In this document: positions 17,461 to 25,254 of the stretch, piece after piece
Layout of the letters: each line of letters begins with the position of its first letter
Numbering within the stretch: the first letter of the stretch is position 1
Virus record (IMG/VR): IMGVR_UViG_3300033067_000454
Location: 1 to 25,399 of that record
Direction: 5' to 3' (one strand)
Length of the DNA: 25,399 nt
Source: a virus
Lineage: Duplodnaviria > Caudoviricetes
The notes under the pieces: model-generated
What the model was told of the DNA's origin: nothing
The model's input: only the letters and a program-made list of their open reading frames with translations
The model's database searches: none
Translations under genes and position numbers: made by a program

Positions 17461-17851
17461 CAGGGAATAATGGCTGCTCCATTGTCAGCTTGGTTTCTGT
17501 TTTCTCTGTTAAGCCATTAAGTCGCTGAGTAATAGATGGGTTATATATACCAGCCATGCCTCCTTCTATTTGGTCTTGTCTTATTTCTTTTCTAATACGT
17601 GAACAGATACTCACATATTCACCGTACGCATCGTTTTGATTAGCAAAGTATTGATGTACTGTTTCAAGTCCAGGTATGTGATTTTCAAACCCTTCCATAG
17701 TTAAAGGTCTTTCTTTTTCTCTGAATACTTCGTTACCGTCTTTACCTACATAGTCTTGAACTAGGATAGGTTTAGCTTTACAGGCTTTTTTATAATCTAA
17801 GAAGAACTCCCATAGTTTTTCAGGGGTTTCTATGTATTTATGTTTTGCCAT
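17432..17851 (-). CDS. terS: Terminase small subunit, P22 gp3-like DNA-packaging protein (139 aa)
   Basis: TPEKLW...Y, RPLTMEG and IEGGMAGIYNPSITQRLNGL; overlaps the terL start. Confidence 0.85.
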   Translation of the reverse strand: MAKHKYIETPEKLWEFFLDYKKACKAKPILVQDYVGKDGNEVFREKERPLTMEGFENHIPGLETVHQYFANQNDAYGEYVSICSRIRKEIRQDQIEGGMAGIYNPSITQRLNGLTEKTETKLTMEQPLFPDVQENNGNK

Positions 17852-17934
17852 TAGTTTAGGTATATTTTAAAAGTTCCGATAAAGGTTATACATCTATCGA
17901 ACTTGGTTATTATTGTTATGTCTTTTAGTTTCAT
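17851..17934 (-). CDS. 27-aa micro-ORF (MKLKDITIITKFDRCITFIGTFKIYLN)
   Basis: Starts in an ATGA overlap with the 281-aa gene stop and ends in a TAATG overlap with the terS start, filling the gap exactly. Confidence 0.6.
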   Translation of the reverse strand: MKLKDITIITKFDRCITFIGTFKIYLN

Positions 17935-18776
17935 ATCCATTCGTTGTTAAATATTTGGTGTACGTTATTTGTATTACCCCGATAAAGAGTAGCCCATAGT
18001 CCACAGTTACCTGAATGAGTTATTAAGGTATGGCATTTAGATAGGGCTAATGTAGCTGCTAAGAACTTTGCCCCATATTCCATTCTGTCCCCTAATTTGG
18101 TTTCAAAGAACACAGCACTCATTTGTTTAGATAAGTGAGGGGTTTCAGTAAAGTGTATTGAATCAGGGAAAGCGGATAGGAAAGCATGAAGGAACTCGGT
18201 TTCATCCGGCTGAACTAAGAACTTAATATTAGGGTTTTGCTGTTTAACTTCTTTAGCCTTGTTAATAAAGTAATCATAAGGGCTTACATTCATTTCAACT
18301 ACTTTATCATTGCCTCTGTAAAATACAGCACAAAGATTATTATAGTCGAGATTGTATTTATTCTCATATACGCTTAATAGGTCTAATACCTTTTTGCTTG
18401 GTGAGAAGTATTTTTTAACTAATGGGCTAACTTGTTCAAACTTAATATTGTGGTATGGTTGAAACTGGAAAGCCATACAGTCATAAACATAGGGAGTGTC
18501 ATAGGTTTCAGGGGTTTCTATTGGTTCGGGTTTAATGTCAAAGTACGCTAAATCAGGTCTATCGGATGGGACCCCCTTATAATGAATCCATTGTTGAGAA
18601 CGGTCTATCTCATCGGGTAGCCTTTTGTTTTTATTATAATACCCCATTAAGTCCTGTAAGCCTATGGTGCAATTAGAGAAATGTCCCGCATTATGTATTG
18701 ATACTAAGACTTCTTTATTCATTGGTTCGGGTGTTGTGTAATTTACTGCTGAATTAATTATTGTATAGTTAATCAT
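17931..18776 (-). CDS. NodZ/GT23/GT11-like putative fucosyltransferase (281 aa)
   Basis: AVFYRGNDK resembles GDP-fucose-binding motif I (HxRxxD), LALSKCHTLITHSGN resembles motif III, and AGHFSN resembles the N-terminal G-x-x-N/S loop. The donor sugar is not established. Confidence 0.65.
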   Translation of the reverse strand: MINYTIINSAVNYTTPEPMNKEVLVSIHNAGHFSNCTIGLQDLMGYYNKNKRLPDEIDRSQQWIHYKGVPSDRPDLAYFDIKPEPIETPETYDTPYVYDCMAFQFQPYHNIKFEQVSPLVKKYFSPSKKVLDLLSVYENKYNLDYNNLCAVFYRGNDKVVEMNVSPYDYFINKAKEVKQQNPNIKFLVQPDETEFLHAFLSAFPDSIHFTETPHLSKQMSAVFFETKLGDRMEYGAKFLAATLALSKCHTLITHSGNCGLWATLYRGNTNNVHQIFNNEWI

Positions 18777-19348
18777 TTTGCCATTATAATATTTTCAAAG
18801 TTACGCATAACTTGTTTCATTTCAAAGGATTCACAGTATTCTCTTGCCTCCTTTTCAAAACTATTCCCATGCTCAATACAAATCATTTTAACATTCGATA
18901 AGTCAATTTGTTTTAATATGATTAAGTCCATACCCTCCGCATCAATACTAATGAAATCAAAGTCAGAACCTATCTCATGAAACAATAAAGGAACGGTTAA
19001 ACATTGTACGTTAATTTCAGTATATGGAACATTCCATGTCTTAACCTGTGCCTCACTCATAGAACTTAAAAGAGTATCCGTAGCCTCATAGAACTTAACA
19101 GCCCCAGCCTTATCGCTAATAGCATAGTTATATACTTTTACGTTTGGATTCTCTTTGTAGTTATAAACGCATTTTACGTGCGTTTTAGGAGAAGGTTCAA
19201 TCATAACACCCTCCCACCCTAAATCAACTAAGGCTGCTGTGTTACTTAGTGTCTTACCATCATTAGCACCAATATCTAAAAACCTACCTTTAAAGTCCTT
19301 AAAGTAGTTTAAAATGTAATCCTGTTCATTGTTCTGACTATAAACCAT
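18773..19348 (-). CDS. FkbM-family SAM-dependent methyltransferase (191 aa)
   Basis: YSQNNE, FLDIGANDG..LSNT, GWEGVMIEP and DFISIDAEGMD. Confidence 0.9.
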   Translation of the reverse strand: MVYSQNNEQDYILNYFKDFKGRFLDIGANDGKTLSNTAALVDLGWEGVMIEPSPKTHVKCVYNYKENPNVKVYNYAISDKAGAVKFYEATDTLLSSMSEAQVKTWNVPYTEINVQCLTVPLLFHEIGSDFDFISIDAEGMDLIILKQIDLSNVKMICIEHGNSFEKEAREYCESFEMKQVMRNFENIIMAK

Positions 19349-19928
19349 AACGCTCCTTATGTTGCTCTAATGTTAAACTGTTTGCACTATATAAATACAT
19401 AACCTTATTAATAAATTTATGGGTTTTAATGTGAGGCTTTAACCTACGGGCAAAGTCATGATCCTCCCCAAACCTTAAATCATCAACCCCAACCTTTTTA
19501 CAAAGCTCTGTTAAGATAGGAACTTTAAAAAACGGTGTACGCTTATAATGATACCCCTCCTCGTATTTACTTTCCCAATCATGAAACTCCCCTGATATCT
19601 TAGAATACTGAACCGAACCATTAATGATACATCTCTCAACATATCCTATCGTATCCTCCCCCGTTAATTCATGGTAAACGGTTTCAATGTAATCATCCAC
19701 AACATCATCATCATCATCAATTTGTACACAATATAAACCTTTGGCACGATTATAGAGTGTATCCCTTTTCTTCCCGATTGAAATCTCTTTATTATCCTTC
19801 TCGTATATTATTTCAATCTCATGCTCATGCCCTGATAATTTACGCTGAAGGTCTAACTTAGCATATAGGTTAGTAAATTGTTCTTCCCTACCTATTACTG
19901 TCGGGATGCAAATTGTTAGCTTAATCAT
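19338..19928 (-). CDS. Glycosyltransferase, GT2/GT-A (196 aa)
   Basis: LTICIPT, IGKKR, IDDDD (DxD) and GED.DF. Confidence 0.85.
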   Translation of the reverse strand: MIKLTICIPTVIGREEQFTNLYAKLDLQRKLSGHEHEIEIIYEKDNKEISIGKKRDTLYNRAKGLYCVQIDDDDDVVDDYIETVYHELTGEDTIGYVERCIINGSVQYSKISGEFHDWESKYEEGYHYKRTPFFKVPILTELCKKVGVDDLRFGEDHDFARRLKPHIKTHKFINKVMYLYSANSLTLEQHKERYGL

Positions 19929-20626
19929 AATCCAAAGTTAATAGATTTTCTTTTCATATAAACAGCCTCATCCTTTTTAAAGTATCCCTCATTACGTCTG
20001 TATAACTCATCCATTTGTAAACCCCCACCCCATGCCGGATGTTCATGTTTAAATAAGATAGTATCAGGAAAGTGTTTCATCTTACCTAATTGCAAAGCAA
20101 CCTCTGTATATTCATTGTCGCACCAAAGGGAAGTGTACTCAGGATGATAAAGGTATTTAAAGCGATTGTAATAGTCCCTACCCATTATTGATAGTGTGCA
20201 AATTCTGTGCTGGTGTCCATCAAAGAACCAAAGGGCTTGGTCGAGGTTATAAGTATTAAACAATATATCCCCATTATCGGTATGAGCTATTTCCCTAAAG
20301 TTGTTTCTTATAACATCATCCCAATGTTCGATACAAGGTATCATATCATCTGAGGCTATCATTACAATATCCCACTCCCCTGAAATATCCATATCTCTGT
20401 TAATAGCATGTACTTTGTTTCTCGATGTCCCAGCTACAAAGGTTATATCATTATGAATCTTAGATGCACTCTGAATAATGCCCCCGTTCATTGTATCATC
20501 ATCGACATCAAAGCTGACTAAGAACTTAATATTCTCAGGTTCTTTAGCCATAGTTACCATTTTGGTAAGTACTTTTAAAAATTGCTCAGGTCGGGAACGT
20601 GTCGGGTATTTAATTAAAATTTTCAT
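19925..20626 (-). CDS. Glycosyltransferase, GT2-like/GT-A (233 aa)
   Basis: PTRSRP, DVDD, ASDDM, WCDNE and HEH. Confidence 0.8.
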   Translation of the reverse strand: MKILIKYPTRSRPEQFLKVLTKMVTMAKEPENIKFLVSFDVDDDTMNGGIIQSASKIHNDITFVAGTSRNKVHAINRDMDISGEWDIVMIASDDMIPCIEHWDDVIRNNFREIAHTDNGDILFNTYNLDQALWFFDGHQHRICTLSIMGRDYYNRFKYLYHPEYTSLWCDNEYTEVALQLGKMKHFPDTILFKHEHPAWGGGLQMDELYRRNEGYFKKDEAVYMKRKSINFGL

Positions 20627-21285
20627 GGTATAAAATCATATTTAATTCTGTGTGATGTTGTTTCTTCATGGTAGATAGGATTGTTCTTTACTAATGATTC
20701 TGCCCTATCAGCATCCGTAATCGAACGCTTATGATTCAAAAACTCATATCCCTCAATACCATCAATATCCAATGAATGAATATAATCGCTTGTATCCTTT
20801 AATGTAATGAATCGAGAGGGTGTTAGCCCGGCCTGATAGATACGATGACAATACGCTGCGTGTTCATATCCATATAACCCATACTTAGGATTAAAATAAC
20901 CAACAGTTTCAATAACTTTCTTTGTAAGGAATATAAAAGCACCCGCACAAAGATTATAAGATAAATGTTTCTCACCCGAATAAACACGCTGATACTTATC
21001 ATTCATATAACACGAATGATTATACCCCGATTGAATAAAGTACTCTGCCCAGCCGTAATTAATACAAGTGCAATCATCATCAAATAAAAAAATATAATCG
21101 CAATCCTTTAGATTATAAATACACATATTCTTACCATAAGCCACACCCCTACGATTAATAGAGTCATCCCACACAAATAACTTATAATCCTTTGTGTACT
21201 TCTCAATCTGCTCTATGCACCACTTTAGATGCTCAGGGCGATTGTAGGTAGTTATGCCTATGCCTATGCTATTTATATCGCTCAT
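20623..21285 (-). CDS. Glycosyltransferase, GT2/GT-A with GT7C-like motif (220 aa)
   Basis: ITTYNRP, IFLFDDD and VGYFNPKYGLYGYEH...R. Confidence 0.85.
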   Translation of the reverse strand: MSDINSIGIGITTYNRPEHLKWCIEQIEKYTKDYKLFVWDDSINRRGVAYGKNMCIYNLKDCDYIFLFDDDCTCINYGWAEYFIQSGYNHSCYMNDKYQRVYSGEKHLSYNLCAGAFIFLTKKVIETVGYFNPKYGLYGYEHAAYCHRIYQAGLTPSRFITLKDTSDYIHSLDIDGIEGYEFLNHKRSITDADRAESLVKNNPIYHEETTSHRIKYDFIP

Positions 21286-22477
21286 ATACTTGTTTACGTT
21301 TCTCAGCTAACTTCTTTAATGAATACCTCTCCTTAACATCCTGATAAAGCTGGTTAGCCTTATCCTTTACCGCATTGGGATTGTCAATACAATACTTAAT
21401 CTGTTTGTAAAAAGAAAACTTACCACGAACTAAAAAAGAATTATCCTCATTGGCAAATATCTTATATGGATTCTCATCACTAACAATTACAGCCTTACCC
21501 TTAAACCCAGCCTCAATCATCTTTAACTCCGACTTATGCCTGTTAAAGGTATTAGGTATCATAGGAACTAAACTAACATCTGTGAAATTATATGTATATC
21601 CCCAGTTATCTATCTGCGTACCCCAACACCGCCAATAGGGTTGATCCATCCAGTCCTCATTGCCATCATTAATACACTTATATAAAAACTCTTTATACTC
21701 TTTATTCTTAATTAAACTTAGGTCATTGGTTAATAGTTTCTCATAGCCTATATAAAAAGAGGGCTTATCGTTTCCAACTGCCATGAATCCGGCTAAAACT
21801 ACCTGAGCCTTTTGCATTAGTTTATCATTCTGTAATAAACGATTAATGTCGGGGGCTGCTAATCTTATGTTCTCATAGTGGGTAGTACCTTGATAGAACC
21901 CGAACCTCATTTTATTTGTGGTTTCAAAGTCAGGATGCCAACACTCTAAACGGTCATCAATGCCGTTCTCAATTATATAAACATTTTTGTTATGTTCGCT
22001 TATTGACTTAGCGAGTATTGGAGTTGTGCAAGTTACAAAGTGAGCTGATTCAATGGCTTGTATAATAGCATAGTCCTGATTGGCTTTAACATAATCATTA
22101 TAGAGTATATGCCATTTAGGTAAGAACCAATAATCATCGAGGTCTAATCCAAAAGGGATGCCGAGTCTGTTAAGACGTTCTACGTTGTTTGGTTCGTTAT
22201 ACATATCAATACCCCTACAAAAGTGAACAAGGTCAAATTGTTTTAGGAAATCATCAATAGGTATCTTTAATGGTTCGGGGTGGGTTATTTCCTTTGAAAG
22301 CCCCGTTGTTTTATCTAAAAACTTCTCTCTCTCAATCTCAACATAATCCATATTGATACCGCCTACGGAGGTAAACTCAAACTCAGGATAAAGCTCATTA
22401 ACCACGTTGCAAGGGTTAATCATTCGGTAGTACTCAACACCGCCAAAGTTAGGACTATTTACTAATAGTATTTTCAT
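21269..22477 (-). CDS. Glycosyltransferase, GT-B fold, GT4-like (~402 aa; start re-called at MKILLV)
   Basis: GV.YYRM..P, DLDDYW, VTCTT..LA, IENGID and DVSLVP...FN..KSELKMIEAG...AVIVS. Confidence 0.85.
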   Translation of the reverse strand: MKILLVNSPNFGGVEYYRMINPCNVVNELYPEFEFTSVGGINMDYVEIEREKFLDKTTGLSKEITHPEPLKIPIDDFLKQFDLVHFCRGIDMYNEPNNVERLNRLGIPFGLDLDDYWFLPKWHILYNDYVKANQDYAIIQAIESAHFVTCTTPILAKSISEHNKNVYIIENGIDDRLECWHPDFETTNKMRFGFYQGTTHYENIRLAAPDINRLLQNDKLMQKAQVVLAGFMAVGNDKPSFYIGYEKLLTNDLSLIKNKEYKEFLYKCINDGNEDWMDQPYWRCWGTQIDNWGYTYNFTDVSLVPMIPNTFNRHKSELKMIEAGFKGKAVIVSDENPYKIFANEDNSFLVRGKFSFYKQIKYCIDNPNAVKDKANQLYQDVKERYSLKKLAEKRKQVYERYK

Positions 22478-22688
22478 ATTGTTTGTAATGCCTGTAAACA
22501 TCCTTATAAAGCTCTATAATGCACGAACCGCATGATGTATCTATTGGCTTAGGGTTATTATTATACTCTCTCTGTATTTGAATTAATAGCCTTGTAAGGG
22601 TTACATCGCCATTACCAGCCCCATGAATTGCAGTTAATTCAATAGAGGGAATATGGGGAGTAATCTTATCAAAGGTTTCTTTGGTCAT
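22455..22688 (-). CDS. Small hypothetical protein with CxxC (77 aa)
   Basis: TSCGSC near the C-terminus; overlaps both neighbours. Confidence 0.65.
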   Translation of the reverse strand: MTKETFDKITPHIPSIELTAIHGAGNGDVTLTRLLIQIQREYNNNPKPIDTSCGSCIIELYKDVYRHYKQYENTISK

Positions 22689-22927
22689 AACCTCATGTAA
22701 ATTTTATTCATAATCATAGCTAATGAACTTGTTATACAAGCTATAACCACAGCCTCCCAAAAAGGATAATTAACAAGCCCATAAGATAAACCAAACCAAA
22801 AACCTAAACACTTACCACAATTAACTATATATAACTTTATATTAAATACCCACTCAAACTGTTGAGGTAGCTTAGTCCATTCGGCAAACCAAACAGATAT
22901 AAGCGATATAATTGTTATTTGCATCAT
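22685..22927 (-). CDS. Small membrane protein with CxxCxxxW motif, DUF1360-like (80 aa)
   Basis: Hydrophobic segments and CGKCLGFW; ATGA overlaps on both sides. Confidence 0.65.
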   Translation of the reverse strand: MMQITIISLISVWFAEWTKLPQQFEWVFNIKLYIVNCGKCLGFWFGLSYGLVNYPFWEAVVIACITSSLAMIMNKIYMRL

Positions 22928-23565
22928 TTAGTCTGTACTTTAAAGCCAATGGCTATGATTGTCTTTTCAAGGTCAGGACTCGGTTTCTTATTAGTAAAAA
23001 AGGTTTTTACCTTGCCCGAATAACTGGAGCTAATCCCCTGAGCTAATAACGCTGATTTGATTTCGTTTTTTGTCATATTGTGTTTAATTGTTTCAGCAGT
23101 TTCTCTAACCGCATCATGTACTAATCTATAATTAATTCCCGTTTGCCTTGATATTTCAAGCCTGTTTTTACCCGATACAAATTCATTAAATATCTTAGCT
23201 TTCTTTTGTACCCTATTAGAGCCACTATTCATTAACCTTTTAATCTCATTCTCATAAGCTGAAAAGTCCGGCTCTGTTTGGTCTACTACAAATAACCTAT
23301 CGTTTATCTCCTGTGCCGTATTTGAGTAATTAACAAATGATGTCTTATCTAACTTAGTCCCATGCCCGTAACCATTGCCTAATCTCCAAAGATTATATAT
23401 AATAGAACGACAATAAGCCTCTGGGCTTTCAGCAGATTGAATCTTATTAAATGTAGTTAGAACTATTATCCTAAATTCCTGATATAAGTCCTCCCACATA
23501 GAACTATTATTAGATACATATCTGCAATATTGTGCAAATTTAGCATCATGTAATATAGTATTCAT
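22924..23565 (-). CDS. ECF-like RNA polymerase sigma factor (start ATG 23565 or GTG 23571)
   Basis: Region-2-like EDLYQE and region-4-like HTH GKNRLEISRQTGINYRLVHDAV, plus a 50-aa C-terminal tail. Confidence 0.7.
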   Translation of the reverse strand: MNTILHDAKFAQYCRYVSNNSSMWEDLYQEFRIIVLTTFNKIQSAESPEAYCRSIIYNLWRLGNGYGHGTKLDKTSFVNYSNTAQEINDRLFVVDQTEPDFSAYENEIKRLMNSGSNRVQKKAKIFNEFVSGKNRLEISRQTGINYRLVHDAVRETAETIKHNMTKNEIKSALLAQGISSSYSGKVKTFFTNKKPSPDLEKTIIAIGFKVQTK

Positions 23566-23576
23566 ATCCACGAAAC

Positions 23577-23584
23577 CAAAAATA
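23577..23584 (-). promoter_or_regulatory. Host-type -7 element (TATTTTTG) for the leftward operon
   Basis: Matches TAnnTTTG just upstream of the sigma gene; no clear -33 element. Confidence 0.5.
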
Positions 23585-23649
23585 AAAAAGATTTAACAAT
23601 TTTATTAGTTTAATTTTCAACAAGTTATAAATATGTTAAGGTGTTGGGC

Positions 23650-23668
23650 ATGTTTAACTAATAAACAT
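23650..23668. promoter_or_regulatory. Inverted repeat ATGTTTA-N5-TAAACAT, candidate operator
   Basis: Perfect 7-bp arms between the divergent promoters, upstream of the HTH gene. Confidence 0.4.
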
Positions 23669-23683
23669 ATACAAAAGTTTACC

Positions 23684-23691
23684 TACATTTG
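23684..23691 (+). promoter_or_regulatory. Host-type -7 element (TACATTTG) for the rightward operon
   Basis: Matches TAnnTTTG 5 nt before ATG 23697, implying a near-leaderless transcript. Confidence 0.6.
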
Positions 23692-23696
23692 TACAC

Positions 23697-23897
23697 ATGG
23701 AAATAGATACAACATTATTAGGTATATGGGAAAAGAGATTAAAACATATACCAATGTCGCTGATAGCGAAGGAAACCGGACTATCAAGGCATACAGTAAA
23801 AAAAGCATTGAGTGGTAACTGTAACTTCAGTACAATGCAAAAACTTAATCAATTCTTATTAGAAAACAAAGACAAACAATTAACCAATACAATATGA
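23697..23897 (+). CDS. Cro-like HTH DNA-binding protein (66 aa)
   Basis: SLIAKETGLSRHTVKKALSG helix-turn-helix; first gene of the divergent operon. Confidence 0.8.
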   Translation: MEIDTTLLGIWEKRLKHIPMSLIAKETGLSRHTVKKALSGNCNFSTMQKLNQFLLENKDKQLTNTI

Positions 23898-24043
23898 TTT
23901 TTACATCTATCTTAACATTTGCAATCTGCATAGTCCTTTTATTTGGGGCTGTGGTTCTTTTAATTCTTAATCAGTTTAAGGATGAACCCCCTACATGGGA
24001 ATCATTTTTAAATAACGGTAAAAAACATTGGAGGAGAAAATGA
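23894..24043 (+). CDS. 49-aa single-pass membrane protein (MIFTSILTFAICIVLLFGAVVLLILNQFKDEPPTWESFLNNGKKHWRRK)
   Basis: Below the track size limit. ATGA overlaps at both ends, with a 25-residue hydrophobic N-terminus. Confidence 0.75.
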   Translation: MIFTSILTFAICIVLLFGAVVLLILNQFKDEPPTWESFLNNGKKHWRRK

Positions 24044-24300
24044 TTTTAGATAGCCTACATGAGTTTTATAAAGACAGACACGATAGCTCAGAGCCTAATC
24101 GTAGATATAATGATGATGCTTATACCTGTGGGCTTTGTGGTGTTAAATGGGATTGGAGGCTAATGGCAAGGGATGAGGGAGGGTGTGAGTATTATTGTCC
24201 TGATTGTATTAAGGATGGTGATGTTGAGAGGTATTTGATTAAGAATGATTATACTCCAGAGATGATTAAAGAAGTAATAAAAACTATAAAAATAAAATAA
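24040..24300 (+). CDS. Small zinc-finger-like protein (86 aa; start re-called at ATG 24040)
   Basis: CGLC and CPDC; ATGA coupling with the upstream ORF. Confidence 0.7.
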   Translation: MILDSLHEFYKDRHDSSEPNRRYNDDAYTCGLCGVKWDWRLMARDEGGCEYYCPDCIKDGDVERYLIKNDYTPEMIKEVIKTIKIK

Positions 24301-24302
24301 CT

Positions 24303-24965
24303 ATGAAAAAGCACGAAGGAAATTTAATTATTGAAGTTGGAGATACAAGGGATTTCTCCGAATTGCAAGAGGTAACTGGCACCCTATACATTTACAGTAA
24401 CACTAAGTTAGATGCTTTGACTTCTGTTGGTGGCAGCCTATACATTTACAGTAACACTAAGTTAGATGCTTTGACTTCTGTTGGTGGCTACCTATACATT
24501 TACAGTAACACTAAGTTAGATGCGCCTTTCACATCCAATGTCAATTATAAATCAGTAGATGGGCATTTCTTTGTTATACAATCAACAAAAACAAAAGGAG
24601 GTATAACCATTCATTCAGGATATAATGCCAGAGGAGTAAAAAAAGGAAAGTTAGTAGAACAACCTACAATCTATGTAGCCGAGAAAGGCGATTTTTATGC
24701 TCATGGAGAAACTATTAAAAAAGCTATCGAAGATTTAAACTTTAAGATAGCCTCCGAAACACTTAAAAAAGAACCTATAAATAAAGATACCAAACTGACA
24801 ATAAATCATTACAGATTAATAACGGGAGCTTGTGAGCTTGGTGTAAAAGAGTGGATGAAATCTAATAACGTAAAGGAGGGAATTAAAGCTATCGACTTAT
24901 TACCTATCTTAGAAAAGACACACGCATACGGAACAGAGTCATTTAAAAACCTTATAACTTTTTAA
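24303..24965 (+). CDS. Protein with 18-aa leucine-rich (receptor L-domain-like) repeats (220 aa)
   Basis: (L)TSVGGxLYIYSNTKLDA repeats, then a C-terminal domain with YAHGET and HYRLITGAC..G. Confidence 0.75.
   Translation: MKKHEGNLIIEVGDTRDFSELQEVTGTLYIYSNTKLDALTSVGGSLYIYSNTKLDALTSVGGYLYIYSNTKLDAPFTSNVNYKSVDGHFFVIQSTKTKGGITIHSGYNARGVKKGKLVEQPTIYVAEKGDFYAHGETIKKAIEDLNFKIASETLKKEPINKDTKLTINHYRLITGACELGVKEWMKSNNVKEGIKAIDLLPILEKTHAYGTESFKNLITF
24377..24523 (+). repeat. 54-bp tandem repeat, ~2.7 copies
   Basis: Units start at 24377, 24431 and 24485 and are identical except for one codon (ACC/AGC/TAC). Confidence 0.95.
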
Positions 24966-24966
24966 T

Positions 24967-25254
24967 ATGTTCTATAACTCAACACACGAATCAGGTCAAG
25001 TCCTAATAGACTTTACAAACAGAGCAAAGGCTCAGGATATAATCATATTAGACTTCTTTCAATCCTATCCCGATAAAAGTTTTACGGCTTGGGAGTGTTG
25101 GGAAGTGTTAAACAAATCCGGAAACATTATGCTTTTTACATCCGTTCGTAGAGGCATAGCAGACCTCGTTAAAGCATCACTATTAATTAACACAGGAGAG
25201 AAAATAATAGAGCGTTACAAAAGACCTAATTTTAAATTTAAAATAAACCTATGA
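24967..25254 (+). CDS. Putative winged-helix DNA-binding protein (95 aa)
   Basis: ILDFF...SFTAWE...TSVRRGIADLVKASLLINTG follows a wHTH-like pattern. Confidence 0.55.
   Translation: MFYNSTHESGQVLIDFTNRAKAQDIIILDFFQSYPDKSFTAWECWEVLNKSGNIMLFTSVRRGIADLVKASLLINTGEKIIERYKRPNFKFKINL

Noticed and set aside
19703-19719. (CAT)n microsatellite
   Set aside because: It simply encodes the DDDDD motif of a GT2 enzyme.
2617-21638. Short ORFs at 2617, 2667, 3073, 5386, 7110, 7410, 8948, 9318, 13353, 16057 and 21450
   Set aside because: They are antisense or alternate-frame shadows of well-supported genes, with no motifs or coupling.
23633-23818. 61-aa plus-strand ORF
   Set aside because: It overlaps the promoter region and the HTH gene in another frame; the HTH ORF is far better supported.
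24377-24523. Tandem repeat as a CRISPR array or a complete DGR
   Set aside because: It is an in-frame coding repeat without spacers, and no cas gene, RT or template repeat is in the window.
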